In this document: positions 1 to 9,891 of the stretch, piece by piece
Numbering within the stretch: position 1 is the stretch's first letter
Layout of the letters: each line of letters starts with the position of its first letter
Source: Bacillota bacterium
Lineage (GTDB): Bacteria; Bacillota; DTU025
Length of the DNA stretch: 64,000 nt
Assembly: GCA_050951805.1 (NCBI GenBank)
Contig: JBMNJT010000001.1
Coordinates: forward strand, 15,814-79,813
Reading direction: 5' to 3'
Program-made: the position numbers and the translations under genes
Notes under the pieces: model-generated
What the model saw: only the letters and a program-made list of their open reading frames with translations
Told to the model about the DNA's origin: nothing
Database searches by the model: none

Positions 1-128
1 GCTACATTTATCCCCTTGCCTCCTGCCCTGGCCGCTGTGAGGGTTGCCCTGTTCACAATGCCTTTTTCAAGGGATTCCACCCTCAAGGTTCTGTCGATAG
101 CCGCGTTCAAGGTGAAAGTCGCAATCAC
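1..128 (-). CDS. 1-phosphofructokinase/tagatose-6-phosphate kinase family (PfkB) hexose kinase, N-terminal part; runs off the window edge
   Basis: Not in the ORF track. Manual translation from GTG at 128 gives MIATFTLNAAIDRTLRVESLEKGIVNRATLTAARAGGKGINVA, matching the FruK/LacC N-terminus (TLNPAID...GGKGINVA). RBS AAGGAGG at 138-144. Confidence 0.85.
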   Translation of the reverse strand, partial: MIATFTLNAAIDRTLRVESLEKGIVNRATLTAARAGGKGINV

Positions 129-284
129 TCATACAATCCTCCTTCAAAGCGAACTCGCATGGCGATCGAGCAGTCAGACGCTCAACTAGACGGCTGCGAA
201 AGACACATGCTCCACAGGACATCGCATAGTTCGCAGTAGCATATACTCACACAGCATTCCCATAGCGTCAGAGCTGAAGCTCCA

Positions 285-1013
285 TCACGGTCGTTCCAAT
301 TCCACTTGGTACCGACAGCGGTCGCCCCTCACAAGACCCTGACAGAATTCCACTGGGATCGTATCCGAATAAGCCGTTCTCTCCAGAAACAAGGCAGGTA
401 TCCCCGCAGGAACGCCCAAGATACGCGCTTCGTACGGTCCCAGATTCACAGGCTCAAAAGACTCAACTGCGCGAGATAGCCTCAGTCCATAGTCCTTTTC
501 GATTATCTCGTACAATGGCATGTCGCTAACTCGTTCTCTCGTCAGACCCGGTACCAATGAAGCTGGCAAGTATGAGGTCTCGTATATCAACGGCTCATCA
601 TCTGCCGAACGAACTCTGACAATGCGTATGACATAAGTTCCCTTCTGAAGCCCCAATGCTCTTGCCACGCTTGCAAGCGTAGTCATATATTCAAATTCCA
701 ACACTTCGGTGCTTGGAGTGAATCCCTTGTCTATCATTTCATCCGTGAAGCTGTAGAATGACAATAGATGCTGTTCCATCTTGGGGGGAGCCAAAAAAAC
801 CCCTTTCCCATGGTGCTTCACCACCAGTCCCCTTTTAGCCAATTCGTCAATGGCCTTGCGAATAGTGGCTCTTCCTACATTAAACTCCGCCTGTAATTGG
901 CTTTCAGAGGGCAGTTTCCCGCTATCACTGTAATCACCTCTGACTATTCTCTCAGTCAACTCCCGTTGTATCTGATAGTAAAGTGGCATAGGGCTTTCTG
1001 TGTCTATAGACAC
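285..1013 (-). CDS. GntR family transcriptional regulator, HutC/UTRA subfamily
   Basis: wHTH motif PLYYQI...LPSESQL...VGRATIRKAI...HGKGVF followed by a UTRA domain. Start moved to GTG 1013 behind a GGGGGA RBS (ORF track start 1082). Confidence 0.92.
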   Translation of the reverse strand: MSIDTESPMPLYYQIQRELTERIVRGDYSDSGKLPSESQLQAEFNVGRATIRKAIDELAKRGLVVKHHGKGVFLAPPKMEQHLLSFYSFTDEMIDKGFTPSTEVLEFEYMTTLASVARALGLQKGTYVIRIVRVRSADDEPLIYETSYLPASLVPGLTRERVSDMPLYEIIEKDYGLRLSRAVESFEPVNLGPYEARILGVPAGIPALFLERTAYSDTIPVEFCQGLVRGDRCRYQVELERP

Positions 1014-1093
1014 GGCTACATTCCCCCTTTGGTCGAGCGCATGCCCGTCAAAGTGGGCACAGCGCATGTCCGCATGCAACATGCCATATCTAT

Positions 1094-2179
1094 CTAGTGT
1101 TCTTGCTCACCGGGTTCCTGAGTCCAGGTCTTAACAATATTGCGAAATTCGTTCGGATTCAACCCTTTCTCAACCGCCAGGTTGTATAAGAACATGTGGA
1201 AAAATGACAGATACGCAATTGCGCCAGCTATCTCACTCATGGAAGGCATGGTAACCTGAATATCCGCTGCACGGTTGAGTTCCACATCAGATTCGTCAGT
1301 TGCAGCAATTACTCTACCACCAGCCCGCTTTACTAACGATGCCAATGTGGCTATATTATCACGCAACGGAGAATACGAGTTACTTATGAATACGACAGGT
1401 GTGCCTGACTCCACGATCTCAAGCGGCCCATGTCTGAACTCTACAACATCAAAGGCGTTTACATGAACTCTGGCTATTTCTCTAGCAGTATTTGCGATCT
1501 GCAATCCCAGAGGATAGAATGGGCCAGCTCCTACCAGGTACAAGTTGGAGTCATCCTTCAGCTCTTTCGCAAGTCTGATAGCGTCATCCCGTCTTTCCAG
1601 CAGTTTGCCTATTGTATCTGGCATTTTGTCCAACTCGTTGGCAAGTACGCGGTGGGCTTCTGAAAAAATATCACTCTTGAGCTCGGCCATAGCCAATGCA
1701 AACTGGTAGGCAGCCAACATCTGAGCAAGCACCGTTTTCGTGCCAGATGCCTTTTCCTCGCCTGCATATGTTAGTATCAGCTCATCAGCAATGTGACCAA
1801 TTGAACTTGTAGGATTATTCGTAAGGCCAACAAGCAGAGCTCCCCTATCCTTCGCCTTTTCTATGGCCTCCACTGTCTCAAAACTCTCCCCTGACTGGGA
1901 TATGCCTATCACAACCGACGCATCGGTAATGGTGTCCAATGAGTATGTGATGAAATCCGTAGCCGACAACGCAATAGTGGGAATGTGAACGAACCCTTCA
2001 ATAGGGTATCTCGCCATCATCCCAGCAAAATAGGATGACCCACATCCAACCGCGTAGATCGCATCAGGATCTGCAGCCAGTACCGCGTGTGCCGCCTGCC
2101 TCTGACTGGCATCCCCCTTTTCGATAGTTGTGCGTGCAGCCTCTGACTCCTCAAGAATTTCCTTAAGTATGTAGTCCAT
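1094..2179 (-). CDS. Double SIS-domain sugar-phosphate isomerase/deaminase/deglycase (GlmS-C/FrlB-like)
   Basis: Motifs GCGSSY, ISQSGES, GLTNN and EFRHGP; no glutaminase domain. Confidence 0.88.
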   Translation of the reverse strand: MDYILKEILEESEAARTTIEKGDASQRQAAHAVLAADPDAIYAVGCGSSYFAGMMARYPIEGFVHIPTIALSATDFITYSLDTITDASVVIGISQSGESFETVEAIEKAKDRGALLVGLTNNPTSSIGHIADELILTYAGEEKASGTKTVLAQMLAAYQFALAMAELKSDIFSEAHRVLANELDKMPDTIGKLLERRDDAIRLAKELKDDSNLYLVGAGPFYPLGLQIANTAREIARVHVNAFDVVEFRHGPLEIVESGTPVVFISNSYSPLRDNIATLASLVKRAGGRVIAATDESDVELNRAADIQVTMPSMSEIAGAIAYLSFFHMFLYNLAVEKGLNPNEFRNIVKTWTQEPGEQEH

Positions 2180-2188
2180 GTAGAACGT

Positions 2189-3175
2189 TCACTCCTCTTG
2201 TGACTTCATCTTCTTATATACTTCATCTAGTGTAGGAAATCGGTTAGCCTTGCGACTCACAACTATCCCAGCCAGTGTATTGGCAAATTTGAGTGTTCTG
2301 TTCCATGTCCATCTCTTGGTCAAACCTGTAAGCACACCAGCATTGAATGAGTCTCCTGCGCCAGTAGCGTCAAACGCTTCAGTCTTGATTGCAGGCATGT
2401 GAATGCGCTCTTCTCCATCGAGCACATATGCGCCATCGGCGCCCAGTTTCACAGCCACAATTCCAGCACCAGCATCACGAAGAGTCGACGCCATGCTGCA
2501 CGGATTGGATCCCTGTGTAAGCGCTCGCGCCTCGTCCTCATTGGGCAGAAAGAGGTCCACAAACTGAAGAAGCTTAGTCACTTCGTCAACCGTATGCTGT
2601 GGCCATCCCTCAGTGTCCCAGCCCGGATCGAATGCCACTCTTTTGCCCATCGCCTTCCATCGTGTAAAAGCTCGTTTCGTCGCTTCATATCCCAAACCAG
2701 GAAGGAGAAAATATCCTGATAGCAACACCCATTCTGTCTGCTCAAAACCGACCGCAGCCGTTTCGGCTTCCATTAGGCACTTTTCATCAAACGCAGCAAG
2801 GTGGCCGTTGTAGCTAAGAAAAGCCCTCTCCGAGTCACGCCGGACTATCACAACGCTTTGGCCTGTGTCAGCCCCATCGGCCTCCAGCAGCCCACTCACG
2901 TCGGCTCCACGCGCTGCGAGCTCATCACGGATGAAAACACCATAGGAATCCTCTCCCACGTTCCCAATGCACGTTACGCCAACACCTACAGTAGCTAGGG
3001 CAATCGCTGTATATCCCGCTGAACCTGCAGGCCTAACCTGCAAATATGGCACTGTGGCCTCAGTTCCCCACGTCGGAAGGTTTTCAACACGTCCCACAAC
3101 CATATCTATGTTATAGTTGCCAACTGCTGCAATCCGGCGGTCGTACTCTTTCACGCCACGACTTGGCAATATCAT
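2189..3175 (-). CDS. PfkB/ribokinase family carbohydrate kinase
   Basis: Motifs AGSAGYTA, GNVGEDSYG, FLPNEDEA, VKLGADGA and DATGAGDSFNAG. Confidence 0.92.
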   Translation of the reverse strand: MILPSRGVKEYDRRIAAVGNYNIDMVVGRVENLPTWGTEATVPYLQVRPAGSAGYTAIALATVGVGVTCIGNVGEDSYGVFIRDELAARGADVSGLLEADGADTGQSVVIVRRDSERAFLSYNGHLAAFDEKCLMEAETAAVGFEQTEWVLLSGYFLLPGLGYEATKRAFTRWKAMGKRVAFDPGWDTEGWPQHTVDEVTKLLQFVDLFLPNEDEARALTQGSNPCSMASTLRDAGAGIVAVKLGADGAYVLDGEERIHMPAIKTEAFDATGAGDSFNAGVLTGLTKRWTWNRTLKFANTLAGIVVSRKANRFPTLDEVYKKMKSQEE

Positions 3176-4042
3176 CTACCCCTTGATTCCCCCAGCCGTA
3201 AGGCCAGAAATGATGTAACGCTGGAATATAAACGCTAATACAATGGGAGGAATACTTGCAAGCACGCCTCCTGCAGCCATGGCAGAATAGTCGATGGCGT
3301 GCCTACCCGCAAATTCAGTGATCGCAACTGGTACAGTCTTCGCTGCGTACGTGCTGGTGAATATGAGCGGATAGAAGAACTCGTCCCACGACATCATGAA
3401 CACGAATATTGCCGTAGAAACCAAGCCTGGTGCTGAGAGCGGAAGGATAACGTGGAAAAGGGCACCCAAACGCGAGGTGCCGTCGATACGTGCCGCTTCC
3501 TCCAGTTCCTTGGGAATCGTCTGGAAAAAACCAGCCATGATCCATATGGCAAAAGGCAACGTGAAGCTCAGGTAGACCAGGACCAAACCGGTTCTAGTGT
3601 CGAGCAGCTGCACCTTGCTGAGCAGCACATACAAGGCTACCATAGTAGAAATGGCAGGCAGCATCTTCACCGCCACTATTCCAAGGAGCATTTGCTCTCT
3701 TCCCCGAAATTCCAGCCGCGCAAAAGCATACGCCGCCAGCGATGCGACAATGAGCGTAACCACGGTCACGAAGAATGAGACCACGGCACTATTGGCCATT
3801 GCATACTTGAACATTGCCGCCGTCTCAGAGACTCCCAACACGTCTGGCGTAAACATGTCTCTGTACTTCTGCAATGTGGGCCGCTTCGGAATCCAACAGG
3901 GCGGAACAGCTGTAAGCTCAGATGTCTCCGTAATGCTCGAAATCACAAGCCAAGCATACGGTAGCAGTATTACTGCCAGAAGGAGCAGGCCGGCAATGAA
4001 AATCAAGATCGACCTCAATATCGTTCTCCGTTTGTGCTTCAT
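3176..4042 (-). CDS. Carbohydrate ABC transporter permease (MalG-like)
   Basis: Hydrophobic helices; EAA loop ELEEAARIDG. Confidence 0.93.
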   Translation of the reverse strand: MKHKRRTILRSILIFIAGLLLLAVILLPYAWLVISSITETSELTAVPPCWIPKRPTLQKYRDMFTPDVLGVSETAAMFKYAMANSAVVSFFVTVVTLIVASLAAYAFARLEFRGREQMLLGIVAVKMLPAISTMVALYVLLSKVQLLDTRTGLVLVYLSFTLPFAIWIMAGFFQTIPKELEEAARIDGTSRLGALFHVILPLSAPGLVSTAIFVFMMSWDEFFYPLIFTSTYAAKTVPVAITEFAGRHAIDYSAMAAGGVLASIPPIVLAFIFQRYIISGLTAGGIKG

Positions 4043-4053
4043 CGGCTATCCTC

Positions 4054-5001
4054 CTAGTAAGCTGTGTCATCCTGTTTCAGAAGTCTGATATATACAATCG
4101 ACACAAGCATAATGAGTGCTGAGATAATAAACGATTGAGCAGCTCCCTTGCCCATGTTCAGATAACGGAATGTCTCTACATATGTGTAATACGTAGCAAC
4201 CTGAGTACCGTTGGCTGGTCCCCCAGCTGTCATTACGTAAATTATGTCAAACACCCGAAATGCTTCCATAGTCCTGATCACAAGAACAATGAGAAATGCT
4301 GGACGCAAGAATGGGAGCGTAATCTTTCGAAATGCTTGAAGGCTCCCGGCTCCATCGACTCTTGCCGCTTCATACAAAGACTCTGGAATCGTCGATAACG
4401 TGGCGAGCAGTATGAATACCACAAATGGTGTCTGATGCCACACATCGGCCAAAATAACGAGGTTCATCGCGGTGAACGGCTTAGCCAGCCAGGCTTGGTA
4501 TTGGTCTATCATCCCAAGCTGCATCAGTAGCCCATTGAGGGCCCCGTAATTCGCATCGTAGATCCATTTCCACATGATTGCATTGACCACAGTGGGAACT
4601 GCCCACGGCAATATGATCATGGTCTTCAGAAATGCACGCCCTCGAAAGTCAACGTTCAGGAAAAGAGCTATTAGTAAGCCGAGCACTAGTTCAAGGCTAA
4701 CAGATACTACTGTGAAATAAGCTGCTCGTCCTACTGATGCTAGGAATTCTCTATCGGTCAATACTTCGACATAGTTTCGCAGACCAATGAAGGGACGCGC
4801 CCACGGTATAGTCAGATTGTAGTCAAAAAAGCTGATTACTAGGTTGTTAAGGATAGGATAAAGCACAATTCCGCCTATGAGCACCAGACTGGGTAAGATC
4901 AGCAGCAAGGCAAGCCTGCTTTCAGACAGACCCCTCTTTGCGCCAAGCCCGATGCTCCCTAACGGCCCTGTATTAGGCAAGCCGGAAGGCCCCGACATCA
5001 T
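4054..5001 (-). CDS. Carbohydrate ABC transporter permease (MalF-like)
   Basis: Motifs FIGLRNY, LYEAARVDGA and MTAGGPANGT. Confidence 0.93.
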   Translation of the reverse strand: MMSGPSGLPNTGPLGSIGLGAKRGLSESRLALLLILPSLVLIGGIVLYPILNNLVISFFDYNLTIPWARPFIGLRNYVEVLTDREFLASVGRAAYFTVVSVSLELVLGLLIALFLNVDFRGRAFLKTMIILPWAVPTVVNAIMWKWIYDANYGALNGLLMQLGMIDQYQAWLAKPFTAMNLVILADVWHQTPFVVFILLATLSTIPESLYEAARVDGAGSLQAFRKITLPFLRPAFLIVLVIRTMEAFRVFDIIYVMTAGGPANGTQVATYYTYVETFRYLNMGKGAAQSFIISALIMLVSIVYIRLLKQDDTAY

Positions 5002-5023
5002 TCCTGTTCTCCCCTTGTCGCTC

Positions 5024-5053
5024 CCGACCTGGGGAGAAGTATCCCCAGGTCGG
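5024..5053 (-). other. Intergenic stem-loop between the solute-binding gene and the permeases (likely mRNA stabiliser or partial terminator)
   Basis: Perfect 12-bp inverted repeat CCGACCTGGGGA-GAAGTA-TCCCCAGGTCGG. Confidence 0.6.
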
Positions 5054-5096
5054 ATAATTTCTCAATCATTATCCATACGGTCATACCATGAGACTA

Positions 5097-6386
5097 CTAC
5101 TTATACTTTTTCTGGATTATCTCTATGTTTCTTACTGCATCATCTAGAGCCTGCTGAGGATCCTTCTTGCCTGTGAGGGCTTCTTGTAACATCAACTGCA
5201 TTATCTTGGAGTATTGCATGTAGTATGGTACGTGCACCTTGACATGACCGTATGGAAATTGCTTCTGAAACATTCTCATTGTGACGGGTTGCTCTTTCAC
5301 GAGCGCTGGATCTGAAAACGAGTCTTTCCATATGGGCAGCTGGTGGGCCGCATACCTGTTCATAACCTCTGGGCTGGTGAAGTACTTAAGAAGCTCCCAG
5401 GCCGCATCCGGATTGCGTGAGCCCTTTGAGATTGCAAATCCCATAGAGTCGTTTGACGTGGCACTGACAATGCCCTTTTTGTAAACCTCTTCTGAGACCG
5501 GCACAAGACTCATCTTGATTTTTCCTGCAACCTGAGACTCGGCCGGATCATTGGCCAGGTCGTAGACGTAAAGCCAGTTGATGGCAAAGGCTGCCTTTCC
5601 AGACGATAGAGTATGTCGAACATCCTCTTCCACCGCAACTACAGAAGATGGGTTGCTTATACCCTCACGGATACTGTTCACCATGAAAGTTAGGGCCTTC
5701 AAGCCGCCTTTTTCATTGAACGCAGGTTGGCCCTTCTCATTCTCAAGCCTTCCGCCAAACCCGTAAAGGAGTGCCACAAAGTCGCAGTTCGCACACTCGC
5801 GCTGCGCCCAGCTCCAAATGATGGGATACTCAACAATACCCTTCTTCTTCATGACCCGAGACATCTCAACTAGTTCTTCCCACGTCTTCGGCGGCTGATT
5901 GTACCCTGCCCGTGCCAGCATCTCTTCGTTATAGAAAAAATACTTCTGGTCCATGAGCCATGGCATACCGTAAAGCCTGCCGTTATATGTAACAATGCGC
6001 CATGTGACTTCCTGATCTACTGTAGCCCTCTTCATCTCGGGGGTAACTCTATCAGTAACATCCAATAACCAACCAGCAGATGCGAGTTCTGCAAGCCAGG
6101 TATTGTCAACAAGCATTACATCGAATGCACGTCCACCTCCGGCAAGCGCTGTGACGAGTTTGTCATGAAGAGCATCATACGATACAAAAGTAGCGTTCAC
6201 CTTGATGTTTGGGTGCAACTTTTCGAACTCGCGAATAACGGTTTTTTGCTCATCCACGGTCATTCCAGCTTGATCCATACCAATGAAGTTGAGTGTGATC
6301 TTCGATGCAGCAGCATTTACATATGTTGACAAACCAATAAGAAAAATGACAGCTAGACAAATTGACCATCTACAGCTCTTGCTCAT
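5097..6386 (-). CDS. Sugar ABC transporter solute-binding protein (family 1)
   Basis: Signal peptide ending VNA-A with no lipobox; motifs FEKLHPNIKV, YNGRLYGMP and PPKTWEEL. Start set at MSKSC (6386) behind GAGGAGG. Confidence 0.92.
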   Translation of the reverse strand: MSKSCRWSICLAVIFLIGLSTYVNAAASKITLNFIGMDQAGMTVDEQKTVIREFEKLHPNIKVNATFVSYDALHDKLVTALAGGGRAFDVMLVDNTWLAELASAGWLLDVTDRVTPEMKRATVDQEVTWRIVTYNGRLYGMPWLMDQKYFFYNEEMLARAGYNQPPKTWEELVEMSRVMKKKGIVEYPIIWSWAQRECANCDFVALLYGFGGRLENEKGQPAFNEKGGLKALTFMVNSIREGISNPSSVVAVEEDVRHTLSSGKAAFAINWLYVYDLANDPAESQVAGKIKMSLVPVSEEVYKKGIVSATSNDSMGFAISKGSRNPDAAWELLKYFTSPEVMNRYAAHQLPIWKDSFSDPALVKEQPVTMRMFQKQFPYGHVKVHVPYYMQYSKIMQLMLQEALTGKKDPQQALDDAVRNIEIIQKKYK

Positions 6387-6498
6387 AGAGTGGACCCTCC
6401 TCACGGAAATTAGTGATACCGTCTGCTATGACCTGCTTGTCCTGTCAAACTCCACTGCCTTAACACACGGATTGCCTATCGCGTCCCCCCTCAACTTG

Positions 6499-6512
6499 TA
6501 CGCATATGCGTA
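6499..6512. promoter_or_regulatory. Palindrome, candidate operator of the cluster GntR regulator
   Basis: Perfect 14-bp palindrome TACGCATATGCGTA just downstream of the putative promoter of the minus-strand operon. Confidence 0.4.
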
Positions 6513-6524
6513 TATGTTAGAAAC

Positions 6525-6552
6525 ATTTCTACGCGCTGCCACGAATTCCTGC
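6525..6552 (-). promoter_or_regulatory. SigH-like promoter
   Basis: GCAGGAATT-N11-GTAGAAAT resembles the B. subtilis sigma-H consensus RNAGGAWWW-N11/12-RNNGAAT; the same motif recurs upstream of other operons here. Confidence 0.5.
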
Positions 6553-6680
6553 TTCAAAAACAAAAGGGAATATCAGCGATGCCCTGCAGTCAGTGTCTGC
6601 AGGGCATCGCAGCATCGCTTTGCTGGACTAATAGCCGACGAGTGTTGGGGCGCGAAAGGCGCCTTTACGGGTCTAGCCCC

Positions 6681-7739
6681 TTAGTATTCTTTCACAGCAT
6701 CCACAAAGGCCATGATATTCTCCCATGGGACGTCCGGTTCGATTACGTGAGTCGGAGAGATGAGAAGTCCTCCGCCATCGCCGACGGTTTCTATCATCCT
6801 CTTCACTTCCTGCCTCACTTCGTCGGGAGTCCCAAACGGCAGGGTGGTCTGGGTTCCGATAGTGCCCCAAAAAGCTAACTCGTTGCCGTAAAGCTTCTTG
6901 ATTCTTTCCGGGTCCATGCTCTCCGGTTGAACGGGATTGAGAATGTCTACTCCGATCTCTATGAGATCAGGTATTATCGGTTCTATGTAGCCGCAACTGT
7001 GGTAGAAGATAAGTACCTCCGGATTTGCCTCCTTCGCCGCCTCTATAACCGACGCCAAGCGTGGCTTCAGCCACTCGCGCCACATCGATGGGCTCATCAT
7101 CATCGTCCTCTGCATTCCAACATCATCACCAGTCACGAGCACATCGACGCCGGCTGCTGCAAGAATGGTGGCAGTGCCTTTTGATATGTCCGTAACTCTA
7201 TCCAACAGTGCGCCTGCCATCGCCCGGTTCTGAACAAAGTCGACCAAGAGGTTCTCTAGCCCTCGAAGTGCCCATGCGGTTTCAAAGACAGTTCCCCCAT
7301 AAAACGGAGGCAGTCCGCGTACAGCGTATCCTAGCTCGTGCCAACGCTTCACTGCCTTAGGAATGTGCTGCCACCTGTACTCTTGAGTCATGTCGGGGAA
7401 TGGGTAGTCCTCGATCTCCTTTGCCGTTGCCGCTTTCTGAAGCGGATGGACAAAATCTACGAAGTGAGACCATCCAGACCCCTTGACTTCACCAACACCC
7501 CACTCGTTAACGTTGCTGCCAGGCGGAAGCTCCCCCAAATACATAGAAAAGTCCGCAACTTTCTTGCAGGGCTCGAAGCTCACTTCTCGTATGTCTAAAT
7601 CAAAGTAGTCTGCAGGGTCCGAAGATCCGGTAATACTATGAAACTTGTCCACCACCGGAGGCGTAAACTCCATATACATTGGCACTCTGTCCGGCACTTG
7701 TCTTCTGAGTGCAGCGAGAACTCTTTCCCTCGGAACCAT
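6681..7739 (-). CDS. Uroporphyrinogen decarboxylase / MtaA-CmuA-like (URO-D/CIMS) family protein
   Basis: Motifs RERVLAAL...PDRVP, GDDVGMQ, FYHSCG, GVDILNPVQ, GTPDEV and PTHVIEPDVPWENI. Confidence 0.88.
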   Translation of the reverse strand: MVPRERVLAALRRQVPDRVPMYMEFTPPVVDKFHSITGSSDPADYFDLDIREVSFEPCKKVADFSMYLGELPPGSNVNEWGVGEVKGSGWSHFVDFVHPLQKAATAKEIEDYPFPDMTQEYRWQHIPKAVKRWHELGYAVRGLPPFYGGTVFETAWALRGLENLLVDFVQNRAMAGALLDRVTDISKGTATILAAAGVDVLVTGDDVGMQRTMMMSPSMWREWLKPRLASVIEAAKEANPEVLIFYHSCGYIEPIIPDLIEIGVDILNPVQPESMDPERIKKLYGNELAFWGTIGTQTTLPFGTPDEVRQEVKRMIETVGDGGGLLISPTHVIEPDVPWENIMAFVDAVKEY

Positions 7740-7796
7740 GCTGTGTGATCCCCCCAGAAATCTTGGACAAAGGCAACGTGGCGCATGTCTTGGTCA

Positions 7797-8711
7797 TCAA
7801 CCCTTTGTGGCGCCAGCAGTCAAGCCTTCAACCATTTGGTTAGAAAGAAACAGATAGACAATCAATATTGGAAGCATTATCAGAGTGAATCCTGCAAAAA
7901 GCCCCACCCAATCTCCTGTATACTGCATCGTCCCCTTCAGCCCGAATAGCCCGAGCGACAGTGTAAACTTGTCATTCGAACTCAAGAAAGTCAACGCCAA
8001 CAGGAAGTCATTCCACAGGAACAAGAAGTTGAATATCGATACAGTCAAAACCCCTGGTGATGCAAGTGGAAGCATTATCCTGCTAAAAGCCTGAAAGGAG
8101 GTACAGCCATCTATCATTGCAGCTTCCTCAAGCTCCCCGGGAAGCGTCCTGAAGAAGCCCACTAGGTAGAATATTGTGAACGGAAGAGAAAGAGCGACAT
8201 AGACGATTGCCAACCCGAATAGGGAATCAACGAGCTTCATCTTGAACATCAGGAAGAACAGGGGAACCAAGAGAAGTTGACTGGGTATACCCATGCCAAA
8301 TGTGAAGAAATTGGTCAATGCATCGCTCCCCTTAAACGGCTTCCTGGCTAACACGTAGGCTGCCGGCGAGGCCACTACCACCAGAACTGCAACGGATGAT
8401 AGAACCAGCAGCATGCTGTTGGCAAACCCCGTTCCCAATTGGCTGAGCGTCCACACCTTTACATAATTTGACCATTGTGGCTCTTTTGGCAGACTCCACA
8501 CATTGGTAAATAGCTCATGATTGGACTTAAGCGAGGTCATGACCACCCATGCAAACGCGAATATAGAAAAGATCGACCATCCAACAATCAGTATCCATCC
8601 TATAATCCTAACAATCCGGGCTCCTACATCTCCAGCCGCGACTCTTCCCGTTTCCGGCGTGACACCCAGACCGCCCCTACTCATCCGACTCGGCTGCTCT
8701 TTACGGTACAT
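7797..8711 (-). CDS. Carbohydrate ABC transporter permease
   Basis: ELEEAAMIDGC and C-terminal GLTAGATKG. Start set at ATG 8711 behind GAGGAGG. Confidence 0.92.
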   Translation of the reverse strand: MYRKEQPSRMSRGGLGVTPETGRVAAGDVGARIVRIIGWILIVGWSIFSIFAFAWVVMTSLKSNHELFTNVWSLPKEPQWSNYVKVWTLSQLGTGFANSMLLVLSSVAVLVVVASPAAYVLARKPFKGSDALTNFFTFGMGIPSQLLLVPLFFLMFKMKLVDSLFGLAIVYVALSLPFTIFYLVGFFRTLPGELEEAAMIDGCTSFQAFSRIMLPLASPGVLTVSIFNFLFLWNDFLLALTFLSSNDKFTLSLGLFGLKGTMQYTGDWVGLFAGFTLIMLPILIVYLFLSNQMVEGLTAGATKG

Positions 8712-8777
8712 GTCAATCCTCCTCGGGACAATGTCAACCCAAGCGCCATGTTTGAACACGCACGACCTTCCACATTC

Positions 8778-9677
8778 TCAGTATTCCACGCTCTCGCGCC
8801 TCATGAGACTTCTCACAATGAGCACCATGAGGATGACCATAATCAGCATCACCACACCCATGGCGGTACTGTACCCCATGCGGTACACAGGCTCTCGGGT
8901 TCCAAATGCCATCACATACATGTAAACGGCCAGGTTTTGTGCGCCCTCTGGCGGCATTGCCTGCCCCCCTCCCCATGAATACAGGAAGGCGAATTCCTTA
9001 AGGGCCATGATGCCCCACAACACGATAGCCATGGTGAGCACATCCCATATCATAGGGACTTTAATGGAAAAGAATATCCGCACATCATTAGCTCCTTCTA
9101 TCTTGGCGGACTCAATAACATCGTTAGGAATTCGGTCGAAACCTGCCATCAGAATGACCACAAAGAATCCTACGTATATCCATACCAGGGCCACCAGCAA
9201 AGACCAGAACAACCGATCTGGAGCAGCCCATGTTCTGGCAAGCCCTCCTAAGCCTATAGCTCTGAGAAAGTTGTTAAGTAGGCCCGAGTCGTGCTCGTAG
9301 ATGAACGACCACATGACCGCAAGACCAATGGGGTTAATGATGTTCGGGAAAAATACTATACTTCTGAGCAGCCGTTTAGATTTGATTCCGCTGCTCAGTA
9401 TGGCGCTAAACAGGAACGCCAGCGCGAAGATAATGGCTCCGCCTATGAAGATTATGCCTAGAGTGTTTCTCATAACGACTTTCCAGAAATGCTCATCTGC
9501 AAAGAGCTCGCGAAAATTCCTGAGCCCGATAAACTCGAGATTGGGAGTAAAACCACTCCAGTCTGTCAAACTCACATATAGCGCGGCCAATGCGGGAAAT
9601 ACGAAGAATACAACATACACAACTAACGCCGGCACCAGACAAGCGATTACAAAGGTCTTGTCGTTTCGTTTCAACAT
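8778..9677 (-). CDS. Carbohydrate ABC transporter permease
   Basis: FIGLRNFREL and ESAKIEGA. Start set at ATG 9677 behind GAGGGG. Confidence 0.92.
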   Translation of the reverse strand: MLKRNDKTFVIACLVPALVVYVVFFVFPALAALYVSLTDWSGFTPNLEFIGLRNFRELFADEHFWKVVMRNTLGIIFIGGAIIFALAFLFSAILSSGIKSKRLLRSIVFFPNIINPIGLAVMWSFIYEHDSGLLNNFLRAIGLGGLARTWAAPDRLFWSLLVALVWIYVGFFVVILMAGFDRIPNDVIESAKIEGANDVRIFFSIKVPMIWDVLTMAIVLWGIMALKEFAFLYSWGGGQAMPPEGAQNLAVYMYVMAFGTREPVYRMGYSTAMGVVMLIMVILMVLIVRSLMRRESVEY

Positions 9678-9891
9678 GCACCCCTCGCTTAGATAAGCCC
9701 CCATAATCAGACCTCAACCCAACTCGATCGCAAAGGCGACTTTCGAGTCTATTGGCCTAAAACCAGGTTGGGGCTGGATTATCGCGCATCCTTTCAGCGG
9801 CGTGGAGGACAGGGGCAAACCATCTCCGCACTGATCGCGCCCATGGTCTGCCCCGGTTCTCATGCACACAAAATATCAACTGACTTAACCA

